Source of the DNA: a bacterium
Lineage (GTDB): Bacteria; Planctomycetota; UBA8108; UBA1146
Direction of reading: 5' to 3'
NCBI GenBank assembly: GCA_029976805.1
Contig: JAPOLY010000005.1
Location: 1,353-65,352, forward strand
DNA: 64,000 nt
Part shown: piece by piece, positions 21,019-30,781 of the stretch
Numbering within the stretch: the stretch's first letter is position 1
Layout: every line of letters begins with the position of its first letter
Position numbers and translations under genes: made by a program
Notes under the pieces: generated by a model
What the model saw: only the letters and a program-made list of their open reading frames with translations
Databases searched by the model: none
What the model was told of the DNA's origin: nothing

Positions 21019-22047
21019 ATGAGTGAAACCGTATACGTGGGCATGGATCTCGGTACCAGCCGAACCTCCATCACTACTTCCACCGGAGTCAGAACCACGG
21101 TGTGGTCATATGTGGGCTACGCTCAGGACCACGTCAGCAAAAAGTTGCTCGGCGGCAGAGACAAGGTCTTCGGTGAGGAAGCGGTTCAAAACCGCATGGC
21201 GGTCGATCTGGTCCGCCCCCTCGACAAGGGTGTGATCCGTGAGGACGAGAATGCCAAGCGGGCAACCCGTGACCTGATCGAGCATATTCTTGAACAGGCT
21301 GAGATTCCTTCCGGAAGCACTGTCTATGGAGTCATCGGTGCACCGGCGGAAGCCAGCGTCGGATCCAAGGCCCACATTCTTGAAGCCGCATCCGAATTCA
21401 TGGACAGCATCATTGTCTGCTCTGAACCCTTCTCCGTAGCATACGGATTGGACTTCCTTTCCGACACACTCGTGATCGATATCGGAGCCGGAACCGTCGA
21501 CCTGTGCAGAGTGCATGGAACGATGCCGAAAGAAGACGACCAGAGAACCCACCATTTCGGCGGAGATGCCATCGACCAGCGCCTCTTCGACCTGATTCAG
21601 GAGAAGCACCCGGAAGCCCAGTTCTCGGTCAACATGGTGCGTGAAATCAAAGAGAACTTTGCCAGTGTGGGACGCCAGCAGGATGCAGTCATGGCCACCT
21701 TCCCGGTCAAAGGCAAGCCGACTGAGTTCGACATCACCGACCAGGTTCGTGAAGCCTGCATGGGTATCGTCCAACCGACGGTCGAAGCTCTCCAGGATCT
21801 GATTGCTACCTACGACCCCGAGTTCCAGCAGAAGATGCGCAACCATGTCCTCCTTGGTGGAGGCGGTAGTCAGATCACCGGTCTGGCCCGCGCGATGGAA
21901 GAAGCCCTCGTCGAGTACGGTGGAGGCAAGGTCAAGACTGTGGAAGAGCCACAATACGCTGGATCCAATGGTGCCTTGCGTATCGCTCTCGACATGCCGG
22001 AAGAGTTCTGGAAAGAGTTCATGGACAATCAAAAGGAAAATGCCTGA
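21019..22047 (+). CDS. MamK-family actin-like filament protein
   Basis: Actin-fold phosphate-1 motif VGMDLGTSRT. Extended similarity to MamK throughout (YVGYAQD, GAPAEAS, CSEPFSVAYGLDFL, LVIDIGAGTVDLCRVHG, EKHPEAQFSVNMVREIKENFASVG, LLGGGGSQITGLARAMEEAL, NGALRIALDMPEEFW). Confidence 0.75.
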   Translation: MSETVYVGMDLGTSRTSITTSTGVRTTVWSYVGYAQDHVSKKLLGGRDKVFGEEAVQNRMAVDLVRPLDKGVIREDENAKRATRDLIEHILEQAEIPSGSTVYGVIGAPAEASVGSKAHILEAASEFMDSIIVCSEPFSVAYGLDFLSDTLVIDIGAGTVDLCRVHGTMPKEDDQRTHHFGGDAIDQRLFDLIQEKHPEAQFSVNMVREIKENFASVGRQQDAVMATFPVKGKPTEFDITDQVREACMGIVQPTVEALQDLIATYDPEFQQKMRNHVLLGGGGSQITGLARAMEEALVEYGGGKVKTVEEPQYAGSNGALRIALDMPEEFWKEFMDNQKENA

Positions 22048-22068
22048 ACCACTTTCTCCGCAAAACAA

Positions 22069-22108
22069 AAGAGGCCGGAAGCGATTTTCGCTTCCGGCCT
22101 CTTTTTTT
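22069..22108. terminator. rho-independent terminator (bidirectional)
   Basis: GAGGCCGGAAGCG-ATTT-TCGCTTCCGGCCTC followed by T7, between convergent genes. Confidence 0.7.
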
Positions 22109-22126
22109 GTGACGAGAAGATGTGAT

Positions 22127-22963
22127 CTAGAGTGCTTCGCCGATCTTCGGTTTCGGAACAACGGTTTTATCCCCGGCAAGCCATGAACGGATCTCCCGAG
22201 CCTGGACCTTTCGCAAGGTAGGCTCAGCCTCCGCATCGAAAACGAAGTTGCCTGGAACCTTCGCACGTCTCTTGAGCCCGCCCCACGCAGCCTGGCGAAC
22301 GACTTCATCGGGGTCATCCAGAGCACTGGCCAAGAGGTCTAGGGAGCTCTGACGCGCATCCTCGGCGAATCCACAAACACACAAAAAGCGAACTTCTGAA
22401 TCTCGCTCGACGATAAAGCGATCCTGCAACGCATCAAACGCCACAGGAACGTTCATCGTCAGCAAAATCGAAGCGGCAGATCGGCGAGCCGTGACATTTC
22501 CCTCTGCAAGAACTGCAACGACAGGAGAGAGGGCATCGCTGCCATATTCGAGAAGGGCCGCCTCTATCAAATTGTCATCGACGACATTGCCTTCAGCCAG
22601 CATGGAGATCAGACGGGGCAATGCACGTTCATCTCCCTCTCTGGCCAAAATCATACAGATCACCCGTTTGGTACGGGCTCCAATAAAAGGGTCATCGAGT
22701 TCAGCGGCCAACAGGTTTCGCGTGATGATGGGAGCTTTGCTGAGGCTGAGAAGGATCCGGTCGAGAGCCCGCTTTTGAATGCTCTCATCGTAAGAGCCGA
22801 GATTCGGGATCAGGGTCGTATTGCGGATGTCCTCAAGAACATCTTCACGATCCGGTGTTTTATCGGGAGTCGAGCAGCCCACAGACAGTAGTACTGTGAG
22901 AGCCAATATCCAGCACAGTGAATACTGCACTCCTGTGAAGCCCTTGTCTCCGTCGACCATCGC
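22127..22963 (-). CDS. HEAT/PBS-lyase-repeat lipoprotein
   Basis: The start is taken at MVDGDKG...LTVLLSVGCS (lipobox). Repeated alpha-helical HEAT-like units (LISMLAEGNVVDDNLIEAALLEYGSDALSPVVAVLAEGNVTARRSAASILL). Confidence 0.55.
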   Translation of the reverse strand, partial: AMVDGDKGFTGVQYSLCWILALTVLLSVGCSTPDKTPDREDVLEDIRNTTLIPNLGSYDESIQKRALDRILLSLSKAPIITRNLLAAELDDPFIGARTKRVICMILAREGDERALPRLISMLAEGNVVDDNLIEAALLEYGSDALSPVVAVLAEGNVTARRSAASILLTMNVPVAFDALQDRFIVERDSEVRFLCVCGFAEDARQSSLDLLASALDDPDEVVRQAAWGGLKRRAKVPGNFVFDAEAEPTLRKVQAREIRSWLAGDKTVVPKPKIGEAL

Positions 22964-22995
22964 AAACCGCCTTTCGGCTGAGCTACGCAAACGGA

Positions 22996-25482
22996 TCAAA
23001 GCCCCTGAACCGGTCTGCTGGCAGAGGTGTTGAGATCTTCCCAACGCTCATCCAGAGTCTGAAGGCGCCCACCCAACTGATCGAGGGTCACCGTTCTTCT
23101 GGCAAAAGCAGAAAGGTCGTCCTCAAGGATGCCCAGCGGAATTTCACCGGAGATCATGGCCTCCTGAAGACGAACACTGAGGAACGTTGCAACCGACAGG
23201 AAATCAACCCCACGCTCGGACATTTTGGTCAGCAACTCAGAATATCCCAACTGAGTCAGGTCCCCTGCTGAGGGATACAGAATCTGATACTGCTCCTCGA
23301 GCAGATTCCTGAACTTGCCGTGCTGGTTCGCTTCACGTCCAAGTCCATCAATGAAGACAGCAAAATCCTGAAGGCTGTCCTTGTCGAAAGTCCTCAACAA
23401 GGAAATGGTTTCGTCTGAAAGGTCAGTTTCACCCCTCATGACGACCAGGTCCCCCTTCTCATAGAAGGTCTTCAACTTGTCGAAGGAAAGGCTGACCGCA
23501 TAGGGACTCGTGGGAACCACGATTTCCCTGCGAGGGGACACCACGTCATCGTAATCAAGGTCAGGATTCAGGCTTTTGATGTTTTCGACCAGAATTGCCG
23601 CCGCCTGGAAGAAGAGCTGACGCTCGTTCTTGGACCAGGTCGCAACCGACTTCTCCGGATGCCTGAGTTTGAGCATGCTCAGTTTCTCGGTCGCTTCCGG
23701 CAGATAATCTTCAAAAATCTTCAGGCGGCTGATGAGTTCGCGTTTCTTGACGATGCTCAGCAAGGTCAAGTCGACCACTTCAGCGCGGGAGAATCCCTCC
23801 ACCGGCGTTCTGCTGATGGGATCGAGTCCGACAAGGTCACGCCCTTTGAGAATGTAGCGATCATTGAAGAGCACACTGTTGCGAGTATCGAAGTGTCGAC
23901 TCTCTTTCGGAGTGGAAATGGGATCGACCCCATCTTCCGAAAGAATGTGCGGAGTCAGAACGATGATGATTTCAGAACGCTGTTTCTGGGAACTCTTGCG
24001 TCCGAAAAATCCTCCAATAACCGGAAGGTCGCCCAATCCGGGAATGGAATTTTTGGTATCGAATTCACTTTCCTTGATCAGACCACCAAGGATCAGGGGC
24101 CGATGGTTTTTAACCCTTGCCTGTCCCCTGAAATTCCGGGTCGCCACCTGCGGGATTCCCAGCAGGTCCTCCTCGAAGACCCGCTGTCTTCCTTGAAGAT
24201 TATTGACGGTGATATCGACCAGCATCGAGACTTCGTTTTCGTCATTACCACTGATTCGAGGCTTGACGACCAGAGTCGTACCGATGTGCTCAGTTCCAAC
24301 CTTGTTGGCATTCTCGACAAAGTTTCCACCACTGACGTCACGGACGACGTCGGTAGAGATGAAGGTTGGAATCTTTTCTCCAAGGTGAAGCTGACTCTGG
24401 CGATCGTCCAGCGCGTACAACTTGGGACGTGCTTTGATAATCGCGTCACCGTTGCGAACCAGTGCATGAACACCAGCAAGAAACTGGGAGGACAGAGCCT
24501 CGGCCGTGTCATCAAAGAGGAAAGAGAGACCCGATTGCTGAATGGGATTGAAATTGCTGCTGATCTCGGGAAGGGGTTCTCCCGGCAGAGGAGAGGCGAA
24601 ATTCACTACCGAATTGCGTTTTTCAAAGGCGAGTGTATCGACTCCCAGATCGGAAAGAGCGTCCGCTTCCAGTTCGATGATCTGCACCTCGATCATGATC
24701 TGCCTTGCGGGCACATCGATCATGGCAATGAATTCTTCAATCCGTTTCAGATCCTCATCCGTGCCCACCATCAGAATACGATTTCGTGTTTCCGTCGATG
24801 GTGATTCCTCAAAGGTCAGAGAGAGAGAAGCGTCTTCGATTCCAGTGCCCAACTTGACAGGGGGCAGTGAAATCGGGTCGACATGCGGGATCTCCAGAAC
24901 GTATGGGTATTCCGGAAGATCCCAGGATTGGAGCATCGTTCCGCTGGCAGCCTCATACTTTGAGTAGACCGCTTTCTCATATTTGCGGGTGATGGTCCTG
25001 TTTCCCTGTTTGACTGCGTCAGTCTTGACTTCCTCGGTTCGGTGATAGACCTGGCAAACCTTGCTGGCTGCCAGCGACTCCAGAACCAACTGGATTCCGG
25101 CATATTTGACCGTGATCGATTCCTGCTTGAGTCGATCCCGAATTCCCACCTGTTCAAAGCTGCGAATCGTTCTGATCAGCGATTCTGTAATTTCCTTTGT
25201 GCCATTGATCATCAGAGAGTTCTCACGGCCAGCAACACGACTGATGGTCTTGTCGTCGACAAACTTTTTCAGCCCTTGAGTGTCATTCAAAAACTGAAAC
25301 ACCTCATCGGTTTCAGCATGAAAAAGCTCGACAAAGGTGATGTTGGGGACCTGAGCGTCGGCAACTGGGACTTGGGCAAAGAAGGCCACGCACAAAGTGA
25401 GCACGATCCAACCGAAATTGAATCTTTCCCGTCTCTTACGACCGGGGTTGCTGACAAATGCGGACTTTTTGGAACGGTCCAT
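22996..25482 (-). CDS. secretin-family outer-membrane channel protein (GspD/PilQ-like) with a long N-terminal extension
   Basis: C-terminal secretin domain (LLGIPQVATRNFRGQARVKNHRPLILGGLIKE...IPGLGDLPVIGGFFGRK...SEIIIVLTPHIL) and a secretin-N-like domain (ILMVGTDEDLKRIEEFIAMIDVPARQIMIEVQIIEL). The start is at MDRSKK with an AGGAG/AAGGAAG RBS and a signal peptide (WIVLTLCVAFFAQVPVADAQ). Confidence 0.75.
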   Translation of the reverse strand: MDRSKKSAFVSNPGRKRRERFNFGWIVLTLCVAFFAQVPVADAQVPNITFVELFHAETDEVFQFLNDTQGLKKFVDDKTISRVAGRENSLMINGTKEITESLIRTIRSFEQVGIRDRLKQESITVKYAGIQLVLESLAASKVCQVYHRTEEVKTDAVKQGNRTITRKYEKAVYSKYEAASGTMLQSWDLPEYPYVLEIPHVDPISLPPVKLGTGIEDASLSLTFEESPSTETRNRILMVGTDEDLKRIEEFIAMIDVPARQIMIEVQIIELEADALSDLGVDTLAFEKRNSVVNFASPLPGEPLPEISSNFNPIQQSGLSFLFDDTAEALSSQFLAGVHALVRNGDAIIKARPKLYALDDRQSQLHLGEKIPTFISTDVVRDVSGGNFVENANKVGTEHIGTTLVVKPRISGNDENEVSMLVDITVNNLQGRQRVFEEDLLGIPQVATRNFRGQARVKNHRPLILGGLIKESEFDTKNSIPGLGDLPVIGGFFGRKSSQKQRSEIIIVLTPHILSEDGVDPISTPKESRHFDTRNSVLFNDRYILKGRDLVGLDPISRTPVEGFSRAEVVDLTLLSIVKKRELISRLKIFEDYLPEATEKLSMLKLRHPEKSVATWSKNERQLFFQAAAILVENIKSLNPDLDYDDVVSPRREIVVPTSPYAVSLSFDKLKTFYEKGDLVVMRGETDLSDETISLLRTFDKDSLQDFAVFIDGLGREANQHGKFRNLLEEQYQILYPSAGDLTQLGYSELLTKMSERGVDFLSVATFLSVRLQEAMISGEIPLGILEDDLSAFARRTVTLDQLGGRLQTLDERWEDLNTSASRPVQGL

Positions 25483-25696
25483 TTTCTTCCTTGCTCCTGC
25501 GAGTGAGACTGCGGGTCCACTTCGACAGATGGTCAGCCGATCTCTACACGCCAGAGAATAAACGGAGTTTCCCATTTTGAGTGGGAATCGACTCTCCAGC
25601 AGGCGATTTGTTTCGGCATTTCTACGAGAGTCGGCAGAGCCCGGATTGGGGCCCCTGCACAGGGTCGCAGTGCTCAAGATATCGATTATCGGCACG

Positions 25697-27886
25697 TTAT
25701 CTTCCATTCTCAACCAGAACCCAGCCACTCCAGCCAGAAACACGGTCAGTTGTCGATTTATCGCGAATCGACCTGCAGGCCTCTCTGAGAGCCTCTGCAG
25801 GCGAAATTCGGGCTCTGGCTGAGTCGATGAGATGGAGCGTTATTTGACGGGTCACTTCATCTTCGACAGGCCACAGTGACCCCAGAATCCCCTGACATCC
25901 CGCTTCCAAAACTGCTCGAGGAAAGCCTGCCAGATCATCAGATCCGGGCCCCCCAGCCAGTGCAGTCTCACAACCTGTGAGTAAAACGAGGCGACAGTCG
26001 GAAAGATTCCAGCCAGCCAAATTTCTCGCCAACAACTTTCCATCCGTGAAATTCTGGTCCGGAGTCAATCGAAGGGATGAGGATTGGGGGTCGCGTGGGT
26101 CGAAGTCCCCATGACACGCCAGGTGCAAGACCTTCTTGCCATGAAGTTGATCCCCAAGCCCGGTCACGGTCGCAGCCCCACCCGAGAGAACCATCGAGCT
26201 GGCCAATTTTTTGGCGACCGTCTCCCCCTCTGCTCTGGCACCGGGCAACCGGGCTTTTTCCGGGACATCGGGATCCACCAGAGACAACCAGTCTTCCGCT
26301 GGCAGGTATGAAAGCTCCCGTGAAGCGGACTTCAGATTCGGCAGCAGACTGACCGCGGTTCGATCCATCAGCGATCGTCCTGAGACGGGCAACATTCCCC
26401 AGGGAATTCTTCTCAACTCGTCCAACGGTACCAGCAACAATCTCTCAGTGACCGGCACCCCCGACCCGAACAACTTTGAGGAAATCCACGCCGCAGATTC
26501 GAGGTCTTTACCGCGACTGGAGTGAAGTCGGTTTATGAAGCCGACCAACTCACCCTTTTCACAATCCACAAGGCTCAACTTCCATAAACCTGCGTGGGTC
26601 GTCCATGTCAGCAATCGGGTTCCACAGTTCACCATGACCTGAACCGTGAAATCATCTCCCGCTTCCACTGCGAGAGCCTCGATCTGTTTGACATCAGGAG
26701 GGACTTCACCAGGATTGCGCACCCGCAGAAATTCTGAAGCATGCAGGGAAGCGAGGACTTCTCCGGATTGTGCCAAGAGTTCCGTCAACAGGAATGCGGG
26801 CTCTCGACGCTGGAACATGGCGGCGTGATCGGAACTGTATCGCAAGCGAATCTGTTCCACGGTCGCCACAGCAAGCCTGGCGTGCTCAATGGCGAGCGGG
26901 TATTCGCTCCGGAATTGATAAACTTTTGCCAGAGCCAGATCAGTCTTCCAGAGCGTCTCCAGATCACCCTTCAACTCCCGGGCAGATTCCACTGCCGTTC
27001 TCGTTTCTGTGAGCCAGCCTCTCGCTGCGGCGGTCTGTGATATTTCCACCAATGCCGCCGCAGCCAAAGCCCTGTCCCCGCTGGCTGTGGCTTTGTTCAA
27101 TGCACTGCGGGCATCATCCAACGATTGGATCAGGGCTTGCCGGCTTTCACCGGCATCGGAACTGCTCGAACTTTCTTCCCGTGCTCTTTTCGCTCTGTCA
27201 ATCAAGGCTCTCGTTTGAACCGGCGATCCTTCGGGAGCCAATTCAAAAGCGCGTGTGAGATCTCTTTTCGATCGGGGACCCTGAACACGATCAATCCTTG
27301 CAAAGACATCGAGAACGGAGGCATTCAACCGATACCACTCCGCTTCTTCTTCACGGTTCGTAGCGAAAGCCTTCAGTTCCTTCAGTTCCCGATAGGCAAC
27401 TATGGGATTTCCATCCCGCAAGTTTTTTGAGACCCGGTTCATGACCTCTTTGCGGCTTCCGCCGGTCGGATACCAGGGTTTCTGGTTCCAGTTTTGGATT
27501 GTCAGAAGATCGATCAAATCTCCCGACTCATTCCAGATTCTGGTGACGACTTGACCTTCAGGTACTCGACCGGGATCAGGCCCCCAAAGTTCCTCACCAC
27601 TGATTCCCAGATTCGCTTCCTTCCCATCCACATAGAAGGAAGCGAGACTGATTTCTGACTCTGCAGTTTTGAGGAGGACTTCCACACGACGGTCATCCCC
27701 GGATTCAGGTAAGTGAATATTGAAGAGCTCGCCCTCGATCAACGGTCGGTCGCCAGACAGTTCATCGATCAGTTGTGAAACAGACTGTGCATGTGAAGGG
27801 CTCGAAAATGCCACCAGAATGAGGCATGAGAAGAAAACCGGGGCTGAGCATTTCAGCAGATCCAAGAGGGTTGGACACCTGTTCAA
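25697..27886 (-). CDS. CHAT-domain (caspase-like) peptidase with an N-terminal TPR-like helical region, probably secreted
   Basis: C-terminal CHAT domain with His (HLACHGDF) and Cys (LVLLTGCETA) dyad. Helical repeats upstream. A signal-like hydrophobic segment (CSAPVFFSCLILVAFSSPSHAQ) is reached only from TTG starts near 27886/27865, so the exact start is uncertain. The ORF as drawn extends to 28015. Confidence 0.65.
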   Translation of the reverse strand: MNRCPTLLDLLKCSAPVFFSCLILVAFSSPSHAQSVSQLIDELSGDRPLIEGELFNIHLPESGDDRRVEVLLKTAESEISLASFYVDGKEANLGISGEELWGPDPGRVPEGQVVTRIWNESGDLIDLLTIQNWNQKPWYPTGGSRKEVMNRVSKNLRDGNPIVAYRELKELKAFATNREEEAEWYRLNASVLDVFARIDRVQGPRSKRDLTRAFELAPEGSPVQTRALIDRAKRAREESSSSSDAGESRQALIQSLDDARSALNKATASGDRALAAAALVEISQTAAARGWLTETRTAVESARELKGDLETLWKTDLALAKVYQFRSEYPLAIEHARLAVATVEQIRLRYSSDHAAMFQRREPAFLLTELLAQSGEVLASLHASEFLRVRNPGEVPPDVKQIEALAVEAGDDFTVQVMVNCGTRLLTWTTHAGLWKLSLVDCEKGELVGFINRLHSSRGKDLESAAWISSKLFGSGVPVTERLLLVPLDELRRIPWGMLPVSGRSLMDRTAVSLLPNLKSASRELSYLPAEDWLSLVDPDVPEKARLPGARAEGETVAKKLASSMVLSGGAATVTGLGDQLHGKKVLHLACHGDFDPRDPQSSSLRLTPDQNFTDGKLLARNLAGWNLSDCRLVLLTGCETALAGGPGSDDLAGFPRAVLEAGCQGILGSLWPVEDEVTRQITLHLIDSARARISPAEALREACRSIRDKSTTDRVSGWSGWVLVENGR

Positions 27887-28052
27887 AGACAGGTCATCTC
27901 TTGAATCAATTTGTGGCAGAACGGCCACTTTGGAAAAGGGCTTTTTCACTTCCCACAGGGAAGTGATCTTTGATCGGTAAATTTGGCGACTCCGAGATTG
28001 CTGCCGGGGCGGCAACCCGACACACCAAATATGCCGGAATCACAAAAAAACT

Positions 28053-29090
28053 TCAATCCCGGTCTGCGTCCACTGCAGGTGAACGGTTCATGCCATCCCA
28101 AACCACCGGAGCCGGCGTCACTTTCGCGAGATCGAAGTGGTCGATCAGGTCTTCTGGACGCAATTTTTGCCCCTCCGGTGCGAGACCACTCAGGCTCGCC
28201 AGGGTACCGACGATCTCCTCAGGCGTGACCCCCTGCCGGCGATAGTGGGCAAGGCTCGTATCTCCATGGCGCTTGGCCAATCGCAACCCATCCGGCCCCA
28301 CCAAAAGGGGGACATGAATAAAAGCCGGTGGGCTCCAACCCAGATATCGGTATAGGAGGATCTGACGCGGGGTTGAAGGGATCAGATCATCTGCTCTCAG
28401 CACTTCTGTCACCCCATCTGCGGCATCATCGACGACGACAGCCAACTGATAGGACGGGGTTCCATCTCGCTTTCGGAGAACAAAATCCCCCGCCAATGCC
28501 CCCTCCTCTTTCCCCCGAAACCCATCTTCAAAGGGAACCGAACCATCTTCGAGCCTCAATCTCAAGGCCGGATCCCTCCCCGTGGCACTTTTAGCCTCCT
28601 CGAGCGAGGACCACTGATCACGACAGGTACCGGGGTAGACCATCTCGGAAGGCGGCAGTTTCGATTCATGGGGAGCACTGGCCGCTTCCTCGATCTCCCT
28701 CCGCGTACAAACGCAGGGGTAGGCGACCTTCTGTTTGACCAACTCACTCAACGCCGCCTCATGATGCTGCCGAAACTGGCTCTGGATACGGATTTCATCG
28801 TCCCAGTCCAGGCCCAACCATTGCAAATCCTCGATGGCGGATTCCGTCGCCCCCTGTCGCACGCGTGGACCATCCAGATCCTCGATTCTCAAAAGCAATT
28901 TCCCGCCCTGCTTTCGCATCGACAGCCACGCAAACAAAAAGGAGCGGGCATTGCCCAAATGGAGAACACCGGTCGGACTGGGGGCGAGCCTGCCGACAGG
29001 AAGTGGACCGTTCTCACCCTTTATTGCGGGTTCAGACTGTGGCTCTTTTGCCGAATGCACTGAAAATTTTCCTCTCTCGGGCTCCACCAT
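28053..29090 (-). CDS. gluQ: glutamyl-Q tRNA(Asp) synthetase (truncated GluRS paralog)
   Basis: PSPTGxLHLGN class-I HIGH-type motif. It has a GluRS catalytic domain without an anticodon-binding domain (345 aa). CxC...C zinc-site residues are present. Confidence 0.75.
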   Translation of the reverse strand: MVEPERGKFSVHSAKEPQSEPAIKGENGPLPVGRLAPSPTGVLHLGNARSFLFAWLSMRKQGGKLLLRIEDLDGPRVRQGATESAIEDLQWLGLDWDDEIRIQSQFRQHHEAALSELVKQKVAYPCVCTRREIEEAASAPHESKLPPSEMVYPGTCRDQWSSLEEAKSATGRDPALRLRLEDGSVPFEDGFRGKEEGALAGDFVLRKRDGTPSYQLAVVVDDAADGVTEVLRADDLIPSTPRQILLYRYLGWSPPAFIHVPLLVGPDGLRLAKRHGDTSLAHYRRQGVTPEEIVGTLASLSGLAPEGQKLRPEDLIDHFDLAKVTPAPVVWDGMNRSPAVDADRD

Positions 29091-29588
29091 GGGCCGTCAA
29101 AGTGGGATCTTTCGTGGATTCCAGGTTTGGTGATATCATGGAGTTGTGGATCCGAACAGGGTCCCTCTGCAGGGTGACCTGCGGCGTGCGCAGGTACTGC
29201 GGAGTTTTGCGAGACTTTTTCCACTGGCAGGACGCTGCCAGTGAGGACGGTGCCCGGTTGTGGGTGTCACGTCCACGTGAGACCGGGAAACTCCAAACCA
29301 AGAAAGGAGGTGGTCCATTGATGATTGTCCGTGGCTCTATCAGGAGGTGGGTTCGTTAACCCGCGCCTCTGACGGGGGAAGCGGTGAATCCGCTTAATCC
29401 ACCTGGTAGAAACAGGGCCCGAAGGGAAAACCTTCGGGCCCTTCTTCTTTTTCCGGTGAGAGCAGTCCCTTTCTTGGCTCTCGCCAGACCCCCCTCCTGT
29501 CCTGCCCTCTATCCCTCTCTCCACTCCCGATCGATAAATTCCTTCCCATGGCTCGCCGTTAGGCTTGTTTCGGGGCATCCCTGTCGAC

Positions 29589-30767
29589 ATGATGGAAACA
29601 GTTCGTATTCACCGGGTTCTGAAACTTCCCCATGACGAGGAGCGGGTCACCTTGAGTGCCGAGACCAAGGCTCGACTGAAGAGCATCCAACTACTCCTCG
29701 AACGAATCCGCCATGCCGTCCGATTTGACGAGCTCAAGGAAAAACTGGGGAGCCTGGAAGAGAAGATGTCCGCCCAGGATTTCTGGGACGACCGGGAAGC
29801 CGCAGAGAAAATTATCCAGTCGATGAAGTCGACCAAGTCTTCGGTTCAGTCCATCGAGAAACTTGAACAGGGACTGGAAGACGTACAGGTCCTCATGGAG
29901 CTTGCGGAATCAGAGTCGGATGAAGAATCTCTGGAGGAAGCAGAATCGGAAACCCTGAGGCTTCAGGAAAGTGCAGAGAGCCTTGAGTTGAAAACGCTCC
30001 TCAATGGGAAATACGACCAGGCAAGCGCATACATCGAAATTCAGTCCGGTGCAGGTGGCACTGACGCCGCAGACTGGACCCTGATGGTTCAACGCATGTT
30101 CCTTCGCTGGGGTGAAAAACAGGGCTACAAAACCCAGATCATCGATGAACAGCACGGTGAAGAAGCCGGCCTCAAGTCATCCACGATCCACCTTTCAGGG
30201 GACTATGCATATGGCTACCTGCGTTCTGAATCCGGTGTGCACCGGATCGTTCGAATTTCCCCGTTCGACGCACAGGCACGCAGACAGACCGCATTTTGTT
30301 CCATTCGTGTCACACCGGAAACCGACAATACAGATGGCGTAGAAATCGTCGACTCTGACCTTCGCGTCGATACCTATCGTGCTAGCGGAGCTGGAGGCCA
30401 GCACGTGAACACGACCGACTCGGCGGTTCGCATCACTCACATGCCCACCGGGATCGTCGTCCAATGCCAAAATGAACGCAGTCAGCATGCCAACAAGGCC
30501 CAGGCTCTCAGGGTTCTCAAGGCAAGGATCATCGAGGTGCAGGAAGAAAAGCGGCGCGAAGAAATGAATGCCATCCAGGGTTCAAAAAGTGACATCGCTT
30601 TTGGCAGTCAGATCCGATCCTATGTCATGCACCCCTACAAGATGGTCAAAGACCATCGAACTGACCACGAAACCAGTAACGTCGATGCCGTACTCGACGG
30701 TGAATTGCAGCCTTTCATTGAGCATTGGTTGCGCCACAGAAACCGAACAGAAACGGAATCACAGTGA
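29589..30767 (+). CDS. prfB: peptide chain release factor 2 (encoded in a single frame, no programmed +1 frameshift)
   Basis: SPF tripeptide (RISPFD), GGQ motif (SGAGGQHVNTTDSAVRITH), and RF2-specific N-terminal domain. The region corresponding to the E. coli CUU-UGA-C shift site reads CGA TTT GAC with no stop. The start could alternatively be the TTG at 29565. Confidence 0.9.
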   Translation: MMETVRIHRVLKLPHDEERVTLSAETKARLKSIQLLLERIRHAVRFDELKEKLGSLEEKMSAQDFWDDREAAEKIIQSMKSTKSSVQSIEKLEQGLEDVQVLMELAESESDEESLEEAESETLRLQESAESLELKTLLNGKYDQASAYIEIQSGAGGTDAADWTLMVQRMFLRWGEKQGYKTQIIDEQHGEEAGLKSSTIHLSGDYAYGYLRSESGVHRIVRISPFDAQARRQTAFCSIRVTPETDNTDGVEIVDSDLRVDTYRASGAGGQHVNTTDSAVRITHMPTGIVVQCQNERSQHANKAQALRVLKARIIEVQEEKRREEMNAIQGSKSDIAFGSQIRSYVMHPYKMVKDHRTDHETSNVDAVLDGELQPFIEHWLRHRNRTETESQ

Positions 30768-30781
30768 AAGAGGAAATGATC

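Noticed and set aside
21106-22326. 406 aa minus-strand ORF antisense to the MamK-like gene
   Set aside because: It runs through the strong bidirectional terminator at 22069-22108 and has no motifs. The MamK-like frame on the plus strand is unequivocal.
23659-24804. 381 aa plus-strand ORF inside the secretin gene
   Set aside because: Antisense shadow of a gene with clear secretin domain signatures.
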